This document shows positions 47,411 through 63,526 of a DNA stretch of 64,000 nucleotides, in pieces (positions within the stretch are counted from its first letter, which is position 1; each line of letters opens with the position of its first letter). This stretch comes from Eledone cirrhosa (taxonomy: Eukaryota). Position numbers and translations under genes: made by a program. Where the stretch lies: contig CAXHJY010000994.1 of the NCBI GenBank assembly GCA_964016885.1, forward strand, positions 8,492 through 72,491. Reading direction: 5' to 3'. The notes below the pieces were generated by a model, which saw nothing but the letters and a program-made list of their open reading frames with translations, was not told the origin of the DNA and searched no databases.

Positions 47411-48926
47411 ATATATATTATATATATATATAAAGCAGTATAAAGGGCCCAGAAATCGAGGTCCGTGGGTAAGTACGGAAGAGAACTATAGCTGAATAAG
47501 TACTCCATACTTTAGCATAGAAGAATATAGGGAATTGACTCCTACAAGACAAAAACTGTTTCATTCGTTATGATTTCCGTTGAAATAAACACCTCTCGCT
47601 CTGCAGAAGTAATTCATATATATACATATATATATATATATATTATGCAGATCTACACACATATACACAGACCACACGCACACATATATACGTTTGTTTG
47701 TCTCTCTCTCTCTCTCTCTCTCTCTGTATATATATATATATATATATATATAAATATATATGTAAACACATACACGTTTTTGTACTTTAACATATTTCAC
47801 TAATTCAAAGAAAATCACACACCTACACATACACTCGCACACGCACGTACACATATACACACACACATACGAATACTCACACGCGAACACATCCACACGC
47901 ACGCGCACACAATTAAACCATGTATCTCTCTTTCATACACACATACACGGTGATATCCATTAACAGACACATAGATACACACACACACATCTATAAACAC
48001 ACTCACCCACACACACATACGCACACCCGTAGACTCACACACACATCCACTCACTCACACACACACGCACACATATCCACACACATGCATGTATAAACAC
48101 ACACACCTACACACACATACGCACACACAGATATATAAAAACACACATCCACACACACACACATCCGTAGACACACACACACATCTATAAACACACACAT
48201 CCACACACACACACCCTCATACACATACACACCCATACACAGCCAAACCATGTTTCTCTCTGTCATACATATACATGTAAACGAGAGTGCATCACATCAG
48301 AGGCGGTGAATGATGAAGTAAGAATCAGCGTGAAAAAAACTACATAATTAGATATATTGGTATGTAAGGGAGATAACAAGACAACGAAAGATTAAACTTT
48401 AAAACAAGTTATTTAAATGACACAGTTTCATTCCTTCTCTTTCTTCTTCTTTGCCTTCCTCTTCTTTTTCTTCTGCTTCTCCATCTACTTGTTTTGTGTT
48501 CTTTGCCTTAATATTCCTCATTTTCTTCTTCATTTTCGCCTTATTCCTTTTCTTCTTGTTCTTCTTTTTTGCCTCCTTCTTTTCTTTCTCCTTCCTATTC
48601 TTCCTCTTCTCTTTCCTATTCTTCTCCTTCTCCTACCTCTTCCTTTCCTTCTCCTTCCTATGCGTCCTCTTCTCCTTCTTCCTGGTATTGTTCTATTTCC
48701 CCTTCTCCTCCTCCTCCTTCTTCGTCTTCTTCTTCTTCTTCTTTTCCGGGAGGTTTTGGTGAATATTTTTCACAAAGTTTTAGACAGATCTATTTTAAAA
48801 ATATTTCTGAATATTTATTTTTTAAATATTGTTAAAATATAATTTGATATAAATTTTTATATATTTTCTTTATTTTGTTGGGGGGGAATATTTTAGAAAG
48901 ATATATTTTTGTATATTTTTGAAATA

Positions 48927-48978
<52 letters not shown>

Positions 48979-49196
48979 TTACTTTTTTTTGGTACTTTTA
49001 TTCAATTATTTTGTTACGTATTAAATTTTTGTGTGTTTTTTGGGTGTTATTTTATTTCGCAATAATAACCGATCGTGTGATAACGATAATGATGATGATC
49101 AGTCAACATCCTCATAGCATCACAGATACAGGCTATACATATGTAACATGTGAATATATATACATATATACTCTCATGCATATAAATGTGTGAGTG

Positions 49197-49232
<36 letters not shown>

Positions 49233-49371
49233 AATACATATATATATATGTATATATAATATATATATACATATATATAATATATATATATATATGTATA
49301 TATAATATATATATAATATATATATATATATATGTATATATAATATATATATACATATATATAATATATAT

Positions 49372-49405
<34 letters not shown>

Positions 49406-49473
49406 TTATCTATACTCTCATATATAAATGTGTGAGTGTATATATACATATACATACATATGCGTGAGTGTGA

Positions 49474-49535
<62 letters not shown>

Positions 49536-49734
49536 TCTCACATATATAAATGTGTGAGTGTGTATATATATATATGTATATATATATATACTCTCACATA
49601 TATAAATGTGTGAGTGTGTTTTTATATATATATATATATATATATATACTCTCACATATATAAATGTGTGAGTGTGTTTTTATATATATATATATATATA
49701 TATACTCTCACATATATAAATGTGTGAGTGTGTT

Positions 49735-49767
<33 letters not shown>

Positions 49768-51023
49768 ATCTGTGTATGTCTAAATAGTAACATCGAAGAC
49801 CGGATCAAAGCTTCTCTTACGAATATTTTCCTCTCTCTCTCTCCCTATCTTTGTATCTGAATTCATATATTTATTTACTCATTTCCACACCAGCCACCAC
49901 CACCATCACCACCACCATCACCACAACCACCACCATCACTGCCAGCCAGCACCATCACCACCATCATCATCACATCACCACCCCACCGTCACTTTCACCA
50001 GCAAACCATCACCACCACCCCACTGCCGCCACCACCATCACCACCATCATCACATCGCCACCACCACCACCGTCACTTTCACCAGCAAACCATCACCACC
50101 ACCATCGCTTCCACCTCCCCACCACCACCAACCATCATCACCACCATCACCACCACCATCGCTTCCCCCCCCCCCAACCACCACCACCGACCATCATCAC
50201 CACCACCACCACTACCACCGTCACATTCACCAGCAGACCGTCACCACCACCATCGCTTCCACCGACCATCATCACCACCATCACCACCACCACCACCGTC
50301 ACTTTCACCAGCAAACCATCACCACCACCACCATCAGCTATCATGACCATCATCACCACCTCCACCAGCCAACCACATCTTCACCACCACAACCCCCCCC
50401 CCCCCATATATATTTATTTATTGTGCTTCAAGTCTTCCTGCACTGGCGGGTGTGTTGGCGGCGGCATCTGATGAAGCATCAGTCTTGTCTAGTTATTATT
50501 ATAATATATTTTTTGTTTAAGTCAGAGTTCCATTGTTACTAACACAAGAACCCATTTCCAAATTGCTTCGCTCATTATTATTGAAATTCCTTTGAAAAAA
50601 TGTGTAAAAAAAAAAAAATTTAAATTTAAAAAAAAAGAGAAAATAAAAATAAGAATAAAAAATTAACAAATTAAAAATAATAATAAAATAAAAATAAATA
50701 AACGCCTCCTTCTCTACCCCAATCACTTTTTGCTCCTTGCTTTAAGCGACTTTTTAATTTTTTTCTCGTTATGTATGTGTGTGTGTGTGTTAGTGAGTGT
50801 GTGTGTGTGTACGTGTTTGTGTGTGTGTGTTAGTGTGTGTGTGTGTGTACGTGAATGTGTCTGTGTGTGCGTGTGTGTGTGTACGTATATATGTGTGTAT
50901 GTACGTATATGTCTGTCTGTGTAGGTATGTGTGTGTATGTTTGTGTACGTATATGTGTGTGTATGTGTGTGTACGTATGTATGTATGTGTGTATGCATGT
51001 ATGTATGTGTGTGTGTGTACGTG

Positions 51024-51085
<62 letters not shown>

Positions 51086-51588
51086 TGTGTGTATGTATAT
51101 GTGTGGGTGTGTGTGTGCCCGTGTGTATGTATATGTGTGTGTGCGTGTAATTTTTCTCATTTTCATATTTGCATTTATTTTAATTTTTCTCCTCTTGTTT
51201 CAATAAATTATTTACGACATTCATATATTTATATATCATATTTTATATCATATATTTATATATATTTTATATCATATATTTATATATCATATTTTATATC
51301 ATATATTTATATATATTTTATATCATATATTTATATATCATATTTTATATCATATATTTATATATATTTTATATCATATATTTATATATCATATTTTATA
51401 TCATATATTTATATATATTTTATATCATATATTTATATATATTTTATATCATATATTTATATATCATATTTTATATCATATTTTATATCATATTTTTTTT
51501 GTTATACTTTAACTGTTTTAGTTTATTCATTCCATGTTTTTTAATTTAGATTGTATCCATTAAAATTAGATAGATAGAAGAAAAAACT

Positions 51589-51626
<38 letters not shown>

Positions 51627-51662
51627 GCATACATACATATATATATACACAAATGTACACAC

Positions 51663-51699
<37 letters not shown>

Positions 51700-52025
51700 C
51701 AAATAGACATATTTATATATATATACAAATATACACACACATATATATATATACAAATATACATACATATATATGTACAAATATACACACACACACATAT
51801 ATATATGTATATCAATATATATATATATATACATATATATACATATAAATATATGTATATCAATATATATATATATATATACATATATATACATATATAC
51901 ATATATATATATATACAAATATACATATATATATACACAAATATACATATATATATATACATACACATATATATGCAAATATACATATATATATATATAC
52001 ATATATGAAATATGTATATAAATGC

Positions 52026-52066
<41 letters not shown>

Positions 52067-52075
52067 TATAAACAT

Positions 52076-52117
<42 letters not shown>

Positions 52118-52124
52118 ATGTTTA

Positions 52125-52155
<31 letters not shown>

Positions 52156-52170
52156 CATATATATAAACAT

Positions 52171-52216
<46 letters not shown>

Positions 52217-52230
52217 ATGTTTATATATAT

Positions 52231-52262
<32 letters not shown>

Positions 52263-53694
52263 TACATAGATATATATGAAAATATATATATGTACTCATA
52301 CACACTTAAAATCCCCACACATACATACATACACACACACATACACACGGCTAGACATCCTTCAAACGTATCATATCTAACCACTACACGCATGCGCCAC
52401 TTACTTACACGCTAACAATCATCACTTACATTTGCATGCACACGTACAAAGCTCAAACAAAAATTGTTCAAATTAACGACAATTTTTCAAATATCTATTC
52501 AAAGGCAGAAGCTTTTTTGTGTAATTTGGCTGAACGATTCTTTCAACTCCATCCCCTCCACTGTCATTGACTCACTCTCTATCTCTTTCACTCTCTCTCT
52601 CTCTCCTAAATGTCCATAATTAGTAATATAATTAAAAGCATATCACGATTACATTATATTATAATTTATTTTTATTTATCTATTTGATTGTTATTTTCAT
52701 TTTTTTTTTTTTTTTGAAAATTAATTTTATTCTTTGTTTCTTTACTATTGTTGTTGTTGTTGTTATTTTTATAGCAATATTATTTAATATTATTGGCAGT
52801 ATCCGTAGAGGGTCGGACGTCATGCTTTGACGCAGAGAGTTACAGCGCTTTCTATTCTGAGTTCAAATCCTGCCGAGGTCAGCTTTGCCTTTCATCCTTA
52901 CGGGCTTGATAAAATAAAGTACCAGTAATGTACTGGGTAATTGCTGGCCTTGTGCCAAAAGTAGAAACAATTATTATTTAATATTAAGGGGGAGAGGATT
53001 GGCAGTATCGGTAGAGGGTTGGATGCCATGCTTTCCAGCATAGAGTTACATCCTTCTGCGGACTGAGTTCAAGTCCTGCCGAGGATAACTTTGACTTTCA
53101 TCCTTACGGAGTCGTTAAAATAAAGTACCAGTTATGTATATATGTATATATATATATATATACACATATATATATATACACATATATATATACATATATA
53201 TATATACATAAATATATATACATATATATATATACACATATATATATACACATATATACACACATATATATATACATATATATATAGACATATATATACA
53301 CATATATATACACACATATATATACACATATATATACACATATATATAGACATATATATATACACATATATATATACACATATATATATACACATATATA
53401 TATACACATATATATATATACATATATATATACACATATATATATACACATATATATATACACATATATATATACACATATATATATACACATATATATA
53501 TACACATATATATATATACACATATATATATACATATATATATACATATATATATACATATATATATATACATATATATATATACATATATATATATATA
53601 TGTATGTATATACATGTATATATATAATGTATATATATACATGTATATACATATATATATATACATATATATACATATATATACATATTTATAT

Positions 53695-53729
<35 letters not shown>

Positions 53730-53829
53730 CATATATATATACATCTATATATACACACATATATATATACAGATATATATACATATATATAAATATACAA
53801 ATATATATACACATATATATATATATATA

Positions 53830-54438
53830 TGGTGGCTGCCAACTCGTTTTCGAGTACGGCCACTACTTTATATCCATGTAGGAGAACCCCTACCGATGCC
53901 CTGAACAAGTGTGACTTTTTAGTCCAGCCAGTGACTTGAAAACTCTGGTACAAACACTACACCTGTGACAATTATTGACACATAGTGCTGGGCCCATGGT
54001 ACCATGTGACGACAAGTGCAGAGAGATCTCCAGATATAAAGCAATGCCTGTGCCGTGAAGCTTTTATAGTGAGCAAAGGCACTGCACAAAGCCAGTCCCA
54101 CTCTCTTAACCAAGATGATATTTACCAAAAAGAAGAACAAGTCAACATCATTGGATACCATCAGGGTTGCAGGTGTTATATCAGAGTTTTCCTTCTCCTA
54201 GAATTCTGCCTTGACAAAGGCTAAGGGGTCATCTCTCCCGGTGATTTTGAATGGCCATTGACTCTTAAGAGCTCCTTTGCCCTTTGACAGGTTTTGTTTT
54301 TAGTCCTGCAGGATGTCCAAAGTCACCCTCCTCACCAAGAAACCTTGGTGGGGTTGCCAGTTTAGTCGCCAACGACCCGACCATGAGACAGGTTGTACTG
54401 GGATACATGTTACCAGTAGCACCAACTGGTGACCTGAC
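53830..54438 (-). mobile_element. Degenerate RTE-like LINE remnant with 5' leader
   Basis: [12 protein letters not shown] resembles the RTE motif LFRASVESVLLYG. The leader 54438-54285 is shared with 31507-31700. Confidence 0.5.
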
Positions 54439-54809
54439 ACATATATATATATACAGATATATATATACACATATATATACATATATATATACACATATAT
54501 ATATACACATATATATATACATATATATATACACATATATATATATATACCCATATATATATACTCATATATATATACCCATATATATACACATATATAT
54601 ATACCCATATATATATACACATATATATATACATATATATATATACATATATATATATACATATATATATATATACATATATATATATACATATATATAT
54701 ATACATATATATATACATACATATATATATATATACATATATATACATATATATATACATATATATATACATATATATATATGTGTATATATATATATTT
54801 ATATATATG

Positions 54810-54840
<31 letters not shown>

Positions 54841-55122
54841 ATGTATATATATGTACATATATATACATATATATATATATACATATATATACATATATAT
54901 AGATATATATACATATATATAAATATATATATATATATACATATGTATACATATATTTTCATATATATATATATATATGTGTGTGTGTATTCTCTTTATA
55001 GATATATATGTATTCTCTTTATATATATATATTATATATAGATACATAGATATTCTATAAATGTATATATATATATACGTTATATATATATGTATATATA
55101 CACATTATATATACATATATAT

Positions 55123-55177
<55 letters not shown>

Positions 55178-55245
55178 GCAAATGGCAAACAGAAATAAAT
55201 CAAACGACACAGTACAATGAAGAAATATGTTATTAATTTTAAGCT

Positions 55246-55311
<66 letters not shown>

Positions 55312-55312
55312 T

Positions 55313-55475
<163 letters not shown>

Positions 55476-55932
55476 TGTATATATGTATGTGTGTGTGTGT
55501 GTGCGTGTGTGTGTGTGTGATGATAACGAAGCTATTATTGTTGTTCTCGGTGATGGGGGTGCTAAGTTTTTGCTAGTGAAGGGAGGGTGGGGCTGAGAAC
55601 AGTTCAGGTAGTGGTGGGTAGGGTGAGTGTAAGTGGGAGGTGTTGATTAAAAGGCAGCAGTGGAGGTGGGAGGTAAAATAATGTGTTGGAGATCGAGGCG
55701 GGGATGAGTTAGTTAAGCAAGGGGAACTATTTCTTTGATATATGCAATTACACTCTCTCTATTGCTATCTCTTTATCCCCCCCCCCCCCCCACACACACA
55801 TACAGAACTTCTCAATTCTATCTATCTGTCTATTTAACTCTCTCCCTCTCTTTTTTCTATCTATCAACCACCAACACACACATACTCTCTCTGCCTCTCT
55901 CTCACTCACTCTCTCTCTCTCTATATATATAC

Positions 55933-56005
<73 letters not shown>

Positions 56006-56149
56006 ACAAAAGAGGGATATATATATGTATGTATATATATATATATATGTGTATATACAGATAGATAGTTAGAGAGAGAGACAGAACAACAGAGGGATAT
56101 ATATATGTATGTATATATATGTGTATATACAGATAGATAGGTAGATAGA

Positions 56150-58105
56150 TTTCTTTATTAGCCACAAGGGCGCAACAAGAAAGGGGACAATACAAAGACA
56201 TGCCGGGGATTTTACATACAGTCGTGTAAAAAATATAAAAACAAACAATTTCAACAATCGAAATCCCCAATAGGGGGGAGGCGCCACAAATGGGTTGTTT
56301 AATACCCCGTCGATAGAACAACCCTCAACTCAAGGAGCGTGTTGTGCAAGTGCTCCTTTCTTCCTTTTGCTCTCTTCCTCAACCTACAGGCTTATAAACA
56401 GAGAAGGCCCAATCACTCGGGCCATTTTCGCTTCATTCACCCACCTTTCAGTAAATTTACTGGGGTGCAGCGCCTCTCTCTCCACCCTGATTCTCCTTCT
56501 AAAGTGATACTTAAAGAAGGGAATCAATTGTTGTCCGGAGAGAAAGGCATCTGTCCTCAGTCCTCTCAACCTCGTCCACCATATAACTTCTTTCACCATA
56601 GCCACCGTACAGAGGAAAACCGCCTCTCTTTCGTTTTTGAAAGAGTCTGGCGGTTTGATCCTTACTATGGACTCGGCAGTCAACTGTATTTGTCCCATAC
56701 GCGACAGCAGTTGTTCTGCATAGTTCCACAGGTCGCTTACGCCCGGGCAGTGTACAATTGCGTGCAGAACTGTTTCAATGTCATGTGCACATCTTGGACA
56801 CGTCCTCTTGGAAGGATCCCTGCCAGGGCGTCCGTGCCTGTAGATCTTGTCACGAACCGGTAGAGCTCCTCGGTAGCACTGCCAGGCCAGGGACCTCTGG
56901 AAGTTGTCCATAGGTCCCGGGCGGAAAGTCCTACCAAACATACTGGTGAGCTCATCGTCTTCGACGCCCAGAGTCTCTCCGAGCACGTCGTCGCCCTTCT
57001 AACGTACAATCCCTCTATAGAATGTCGAAGTGGAGTCTCCACTGATTGCTGCGCCCGCTTGCCAGAGGACTGTGAGCGCCTGAGCGCATTCAATGTGCCA
57101 GGCGCCCATCGTTTTCGGTCTTTTCTTCACCCAGGACTGCAGCTCCGTTAGCGAGACGAGCTGTGGGAAAGCCTGTCTCACAAACGGTGGGGAATACCTG
57201 GAGATGCCGCAGCCTCAGCGCATGTTTGCGCACCATCAGCCACGGCATTCCCAGCCCTCCGTTGGAAGGGTGCTGACAGCAGACGGATCTCCTCACCAGC
57301 GGAGCCTGCTTCTTCCACAGAAACTGGAAGAGCATGCGTTCCATCTTGGCGAGGTGTTCACGGGGACAAGGCACGACAGTCAAGCGGTAGTAGATGACGG
57401 ACGCTATGAGAGTGTTCGCCACCTCCGCTCGACCTTTCAAGGACAGTTTGCACTCTGCCCACTTCTGAGTGAGTGCAAACACCTTGGCCGAGACCTCGTT
57501 CCAGTTTTTCTCCACCTGGAGGTCTGGACCGAACCAGACCCCGAGCAATTTCACCGGTCCGTCCGTCCAGCGTCCAACGACGCTGTCGGATGTCATCGGT
57601 TTGCCTCTCCACGTACCGAGTTGCAAACCGACAGACTTGTCTGGGTTTAGTTTTGCTCCCGTCAGCGTTTCGTATTCTTTCAGTATGTTGCCGATCAACC
57701 CCGATTTCCGAGGTGCTCGACACCATTACCGTCACATCGACGGCATAAGCCGACGCCGCTTTGCGCAGTCCCGGTTCTAGGGGGATGCCCTGCAACAGCT
57801 CCAATTTCCGCAGTAGTGGCTCTAGAGTCAATACATACAGAATGGAGGAGAGAGGGCATCCCTGTCGAATGGAACGCGTGATTGCGAACGGCTCCTATAG
57901 GTAGCCGTTCACCTTGACCCTCGAGCAGATGCTGGTGTGCATCGCCTCGATCCATCCTCTGAACACGGGACCGAAACCGGCCGCCTTGAGAACCGCTTCA
58001 AAGTATCGATGGTCGACCCTATCGAATGCCTTAGACTGATCTAAGTTGATCAGAGCCCCACCGAAGCCGGGTTTACTACCCACCCTCTCTATGATGTATC
58101 GCATA
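56150..58105 (-). mobile_element. 5'-truncated Tx1/L1-clade LINE, frameshifted ORF2
   Basis: LDQSKAFDRVDH, RQGCPLS, YAVD (YADD-like), GAKLNPDKS, GGLGMP and CPRC...ETVLHAIVHC motifs. 3' end taataaagaaa abuts (TCTA)n. Confidence 0.9.
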
Positions 58106-58106
58106 G

Positions 58107-58159
<53 letters not shown>

Positions 58160-58324
58160 TAAAGTCATTGATAAACAGAAAGATAGAGAGAGAGACAGAC
58201 AAACAGTGTTAAATAAGTAAATGTATATATATATATATATATATATATATGCAGACAGATATATATAGAGAGAGAGGTACAGAAAGATAGAGAGTGATAT
58301 TTATATACATATATATATATATGA

Positions 58325-58385
<61 letters not shown>

Positions 58386-58430
58386 CATTCATATATATAT
58401 ATATATATATGTGTATATATATATACATTC

Positions 58431-58463
<33 letters not shown>

Positions 58464-58526
58464 TAGATGTGTATATATATACATTCATATATATATATAT
58501 ATATATGTGTATATATATATACATTC

Positions 58527-58609
<83 letters not shown>

Positions 58610-58620
58610 GATATACATTC

Positions 58621-58651
<31 letters not shown>

Positions 58652-58659
58652 CATTCATA

Positions 58660-60352
58660 TAACTTTGAATAACTTTGAAATGTTTGGTCAGTATTGGCCC
58701 AGGCCATGTCTAACTTAATAGCACCACCTGGCGAAATCTTTCAATTCAGGATTTGGGCACCATGGCCCATTCGAGAAGAGAATTACTGTTTGCGGAGACA
58801 TATCCGCGTGTGGGTGGTTTGTCCGGGATTACTTGGAGGAATTTGTCCAAAGACTTCTTGAATTATGTGTGGTCAGTTTCTGTTTTGACGTGTCCTGGTG
58901 TGATGTTGAAGAGAGCAGGGCCGATTGAGGTGAAATAATTGTGCCGTATTGTTGTTATGAGTTGCGATTTGGATTTTTGAATGGGACGGATAGCACGGGG
59001 CCCAAGCCTTGGGTGTATCTTGAAGGCGATGCCAACATCATTTGGGCAGTGATGATGGAACATTTTCCACATCATGCAGATAATATAACGCTCAAGGCGA
59101 CGTTGGAGTGAGTAAAGTTTCAGCTTTTCTAGTCGACCCCAGTAGTCAAGGTCTGACATGCCATCTATCTTTTTCGTGATTGCCCTTTGAGGAGCTTCAA
59201 GTTTCATGATACTTTGTCTCGTGTGGGGAGACCACAGTGGACAACAGTATTTAAGGTGTGGTCGGGCAAAAGTAGAGAAGAGAAGGATAATGGTGTGGGA
59301 ATCTCTCGACTGGAAGGATCTGAGGATCCAGGAACACATTCTGCGGGCCATGTCAACTTTGCTGCTTATATGCGTGGACCAGCTTATGTTGCTGTCCACG
59401 GTTACTCCCAAGTCTCTGATGTTGTTAGATGCCACGAGAGTTTCCCCGGAGGGAAGGGAGTACGGGAGTTTCAGAGCATCCTCTTTTCCAAAGTGGATCA
59501 GTTCGAATTTGTCTTCGTTCAGTAACATGTTGTTCTTTTCCGCCCATTGGGTAACAGCCAGTAGGTCTGACTGAAGGCTTATCCGTTCATCCACGCCATT
59601 GATGACCTTTTGGAGCTTGGAATCATCAGCGAAAATTCTAATGTCGCTGTGTTTGATGATGTCAGTGATGTCATTAATATAAATGATGAAGAGAAGTGGG
59701 CCCAACACAGTGCCTTGTGGGACCCCACTACTGACTTTGGCTGGGCTCTGGATTTGACTCCTTCAACTACAACATGTTGGGTTCTGTTTGACAGGAAGCT
59801 CTTGATCCACTGCAGCAGCTTTCCAGTGACACCAATATTGGACAGCTTTCTCAGTAGAATGTTATGATCAACCCTGTCAAAGGCCTTGCTGAAATCAAGG
59901 TAGATAACATCAGTGTTGGAACCCTCTCCCAAGGCTCTCAAAATGTCATCAAAGTGATGCAGTAGCTGCGTCAGGCAATCCCTTCCATTACGGAATCCAT
60001 GCTGGTTGGAGTTCAGCATATTGTTACTCTCAAGGAAGTGGGTCATTCGCGATCTCACCACTCTCTCAAATACCTTAATGATATGAGAGGTGAGTGAGAT
60101 TGGACGGTTATTCACGGCAAGGGATTTGTTTCCCTTTTTGAAAACTGGGACAACAGACTGGGATAGAAGGTTTTATGGCACATATCCAGCATCCAGTGAG
60201 TTCCGCCACAGATTGGCAAGAGGAGATGCAAGTTGGTGTTGACACGCCTTCAAGACACAAGCAGGGACCTATCGGGACCTACTGCTGAATTATGCTTGAT
60301 TTCCTTTATTGCCGCTAAGACATCAGGGGCGCCAAACGTAATGTCCGATAAG
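58660..60352 (-). mobile_element. 5'-truncated CR1-group LINE, frameshifted RT
   Basis: RPISLTS, QHGFR, YLDFSKAFDRV, LGPLLFIIYIND, FADD, RDLGV and LYSLQRR motifs. (ttcaaagtta)2 tail. Confidence 0.9.
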
Positions 60353-60394
60353 GTGTATATATATATACATATATGTATATATATATATACATTC

Positions 60395-60429
<35 letters not shown>

Positions 60430-60475
60430 TACATTCATATATATATGTATGTATATATATATATATATATACATC

Positions 60476-60512
<37 letters not shown>

Positions 60513-60537
60513 CATCATATATATATATATATATATA

Positions 60538-60564
<27 letters not shown>

Positions 60565-60573
<9 letters not shown>

Positions 60574-60976
60574 AAGATCAAAAGATGGTTAAAGGAGTTC
60601 CTCCATATATTTTATTATGCGCATTTCAAAAACAAACATCATCAAGCAATAATATTTGTGTTTTCATCAGATAAAACAGGACAACATGATATGAAGGCTA
60701 AAAAACACAGTCCCGCAAACTGTAGAGTGCCTCTTATCCGATATCTGCATTGCTTTATTGTACTACAATAAAACTCACCTCCTACATCTATATATATATA
60801 TATATATATATACATTCATATATATATATATATAATATAAGATCAAAAGATGGTTCAAGAGAGTTCCAAGTATTTTTATTATGCGCATTTCAAAACAGAA
60901 ACTGCGTTCGTTCATCAGATAAATAGGGATACATGATAGGAAGGTTAAGAAAACACTTGTAAATAGTGAAGTATCT

Positions 60977-60980
<4 letters not shown>
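60565..60980. mobile_element. Two family-A HHR elements (HHRs at 60610-60676 and 60875-60923, - strand)
   Basis: Both begin ataagatcaaaagatggtt as at 26638 and read CUGAUGA...GAAAugcgcaUA on the minus strand. The second has a different stem II. Confidence 0.8.
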
Positions 60981-61021
<41 letters not shown>

Positions 61022-61032
61022 TATATATATAT

Positions 61033-61091
<59 letters not shown>

Positions 61092-61102
61092 TATATATTA
61101 TA

Positions 61103-61170
<68 letters not shown>

Positions 61171-61366
61171 TATGTATATATATATGTATATATATGTTAT
61201 ATATATGTATATAGTATGAGTATGTATATATAGTGTATATATATGTATATGTATATATATGTATATGTATATATATGTATATATATAGTATATATATACA
61301 TATACTATATATATATATATATTATACATATATATACATATATATACATATAATATATACTATACA

Positions 61367-61459
<93 letters not shown>

Positions 61460-61612
61460 TTATACATATATTATATATATATATATGTATATATATATAG
61501 ATATATATATATGTATATATATGCTATATATATATGTATATATATTATGTAGTATATATGTATATGTATGTTTATAAAATATGTATATATAATATATATA
61601 TGTATATATATA

Positions 61613-61690
<78 letters not shown>

Positions 61691-62000
61691 GTATATATAT
61701 ATGTGTATATATATGTATATATATGTATATATATATATATATGTATATGTATATGTATATGTATATATATGTATATATATTGTATATATATGTATATATA
61801 TGTATATATGTATATATATGTATATGTATAGTGTATATGTATATGATATGTATATGTATATATATGTATATGTATATATCTGTATATATATATATATGTA
61901 TATGTATATATGTATATGTCTATATATGTATATATATGTATATGTCTATATATGTATATAATGCACATCTATGTCTATATATGTATATATAAGTATCTAT

Positions 62001-62045
<45 letters not shown>

Positions 62046-62086
62046 ATATACTATATACTATATATATATATAATGTATATATATAC

Positions 62087-62167
<81 letters not shown>

Positions 62168-62187
62168 ACATATATATATATAAATAC

Positions 62188-62220
<33 letters not shown>

Positions 62221-62294
62221 CATATATATATACCTATATGTATATAACATATATATATATATATTATACATATATATATATATATATACTATAT

Positions 62295-62339
<45 letters not shown>

Positions 62340-62340
62340 G

Positions 62341-62374
<34 letters not shown>

Positions 62375-62573
62375 TATACTATATAATTATATATACTATA
62401 TATATACATATATATATATACATAATATATATATACTATACATATATATATATACATATACATATACATATATATATATATATATACATATATACATATA
62501 TATATAATATATATACATATATATATACATATTATATATATATACATATATATATACATATATACTATTATAC

Positions 62574-62610
<37 letters not shown>

Positions 62611-62830
62611 ATATATATATATATACATATATAAATATATACATATACATATATATACATATATATATACATATATATATATATACATATATACATATAC
62701 ATATCTATATGCATATATATAATATACATATACATATATATACATATACATATAATATATATATACATATACATATATACATATACATATATACATATAT
62801 TATACATATATACATATACATATACATATA

Positions 62831-62863
<33 letters not shown>

Positions 62864-62887
62864 ATACATATATATATATACATATAT

Positions 62888-62924
<37 letters not shown>

Positions 62925-62938
62925 TACATATATATACA

Positions 62939-62976
<38 letters not shown>

Positions 62977-62995
62977 ATATACATATATATATATA

Positions 62996-63526
62996 AATAT
63001 AAGTGCCTATAATGCATATAAATGTAAGAAAACCATAAGTATACCACCAATACATCAAACTAACTATAATATCTCCTCAAATACAGAATTAACGAAAGGT
63101 TGTAACTGTAGAAACAAAGCAAACTGCCCATTAAAAGGAAATTGTCTTGTTAACAACATAGTTTATAAATGTAATGTTAAAACTAAAGATTCTATTTGCT
63201 CATATATAGGAGCTACTTCTAACAATTTTAAGACAAGGTTTAATACCCACAAACATAGTTTTAAAAATGCCGCACTGGCTAATACAACATCTCTAGCAGA
63301 AAAAATCAATAGTTATAAAAATAAGAATATAGAATATGATTTGACCTGGAGTGTGCTCAAAAGAGCCACCCCTTATCAAAATAATAGAAATGAATGTAGA
63401 TTATGTTCCCAAGAACTATTTGAAATAATGAAATCTAAGGATATCCTATTAAATAAACGACAGGAATTAATTATATCGTGTAATCATAAACTAAAAAAAA
63501 CATTTAAATATTATAAACCTAATTAA
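62996..63526 (+). mobile_element. 3' fragment of a second PLE lineage: open GIY-YIG endonuclease frame
   Basis: Stop-free frame CNCRNKANCPLKGNCL...IVYKC...YIGAT...FKTRFNTHKHSF...W...PY...CRLC..E...LNKRQEL..C.H. Truncated by (TA)n. Confidence 0.85.
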
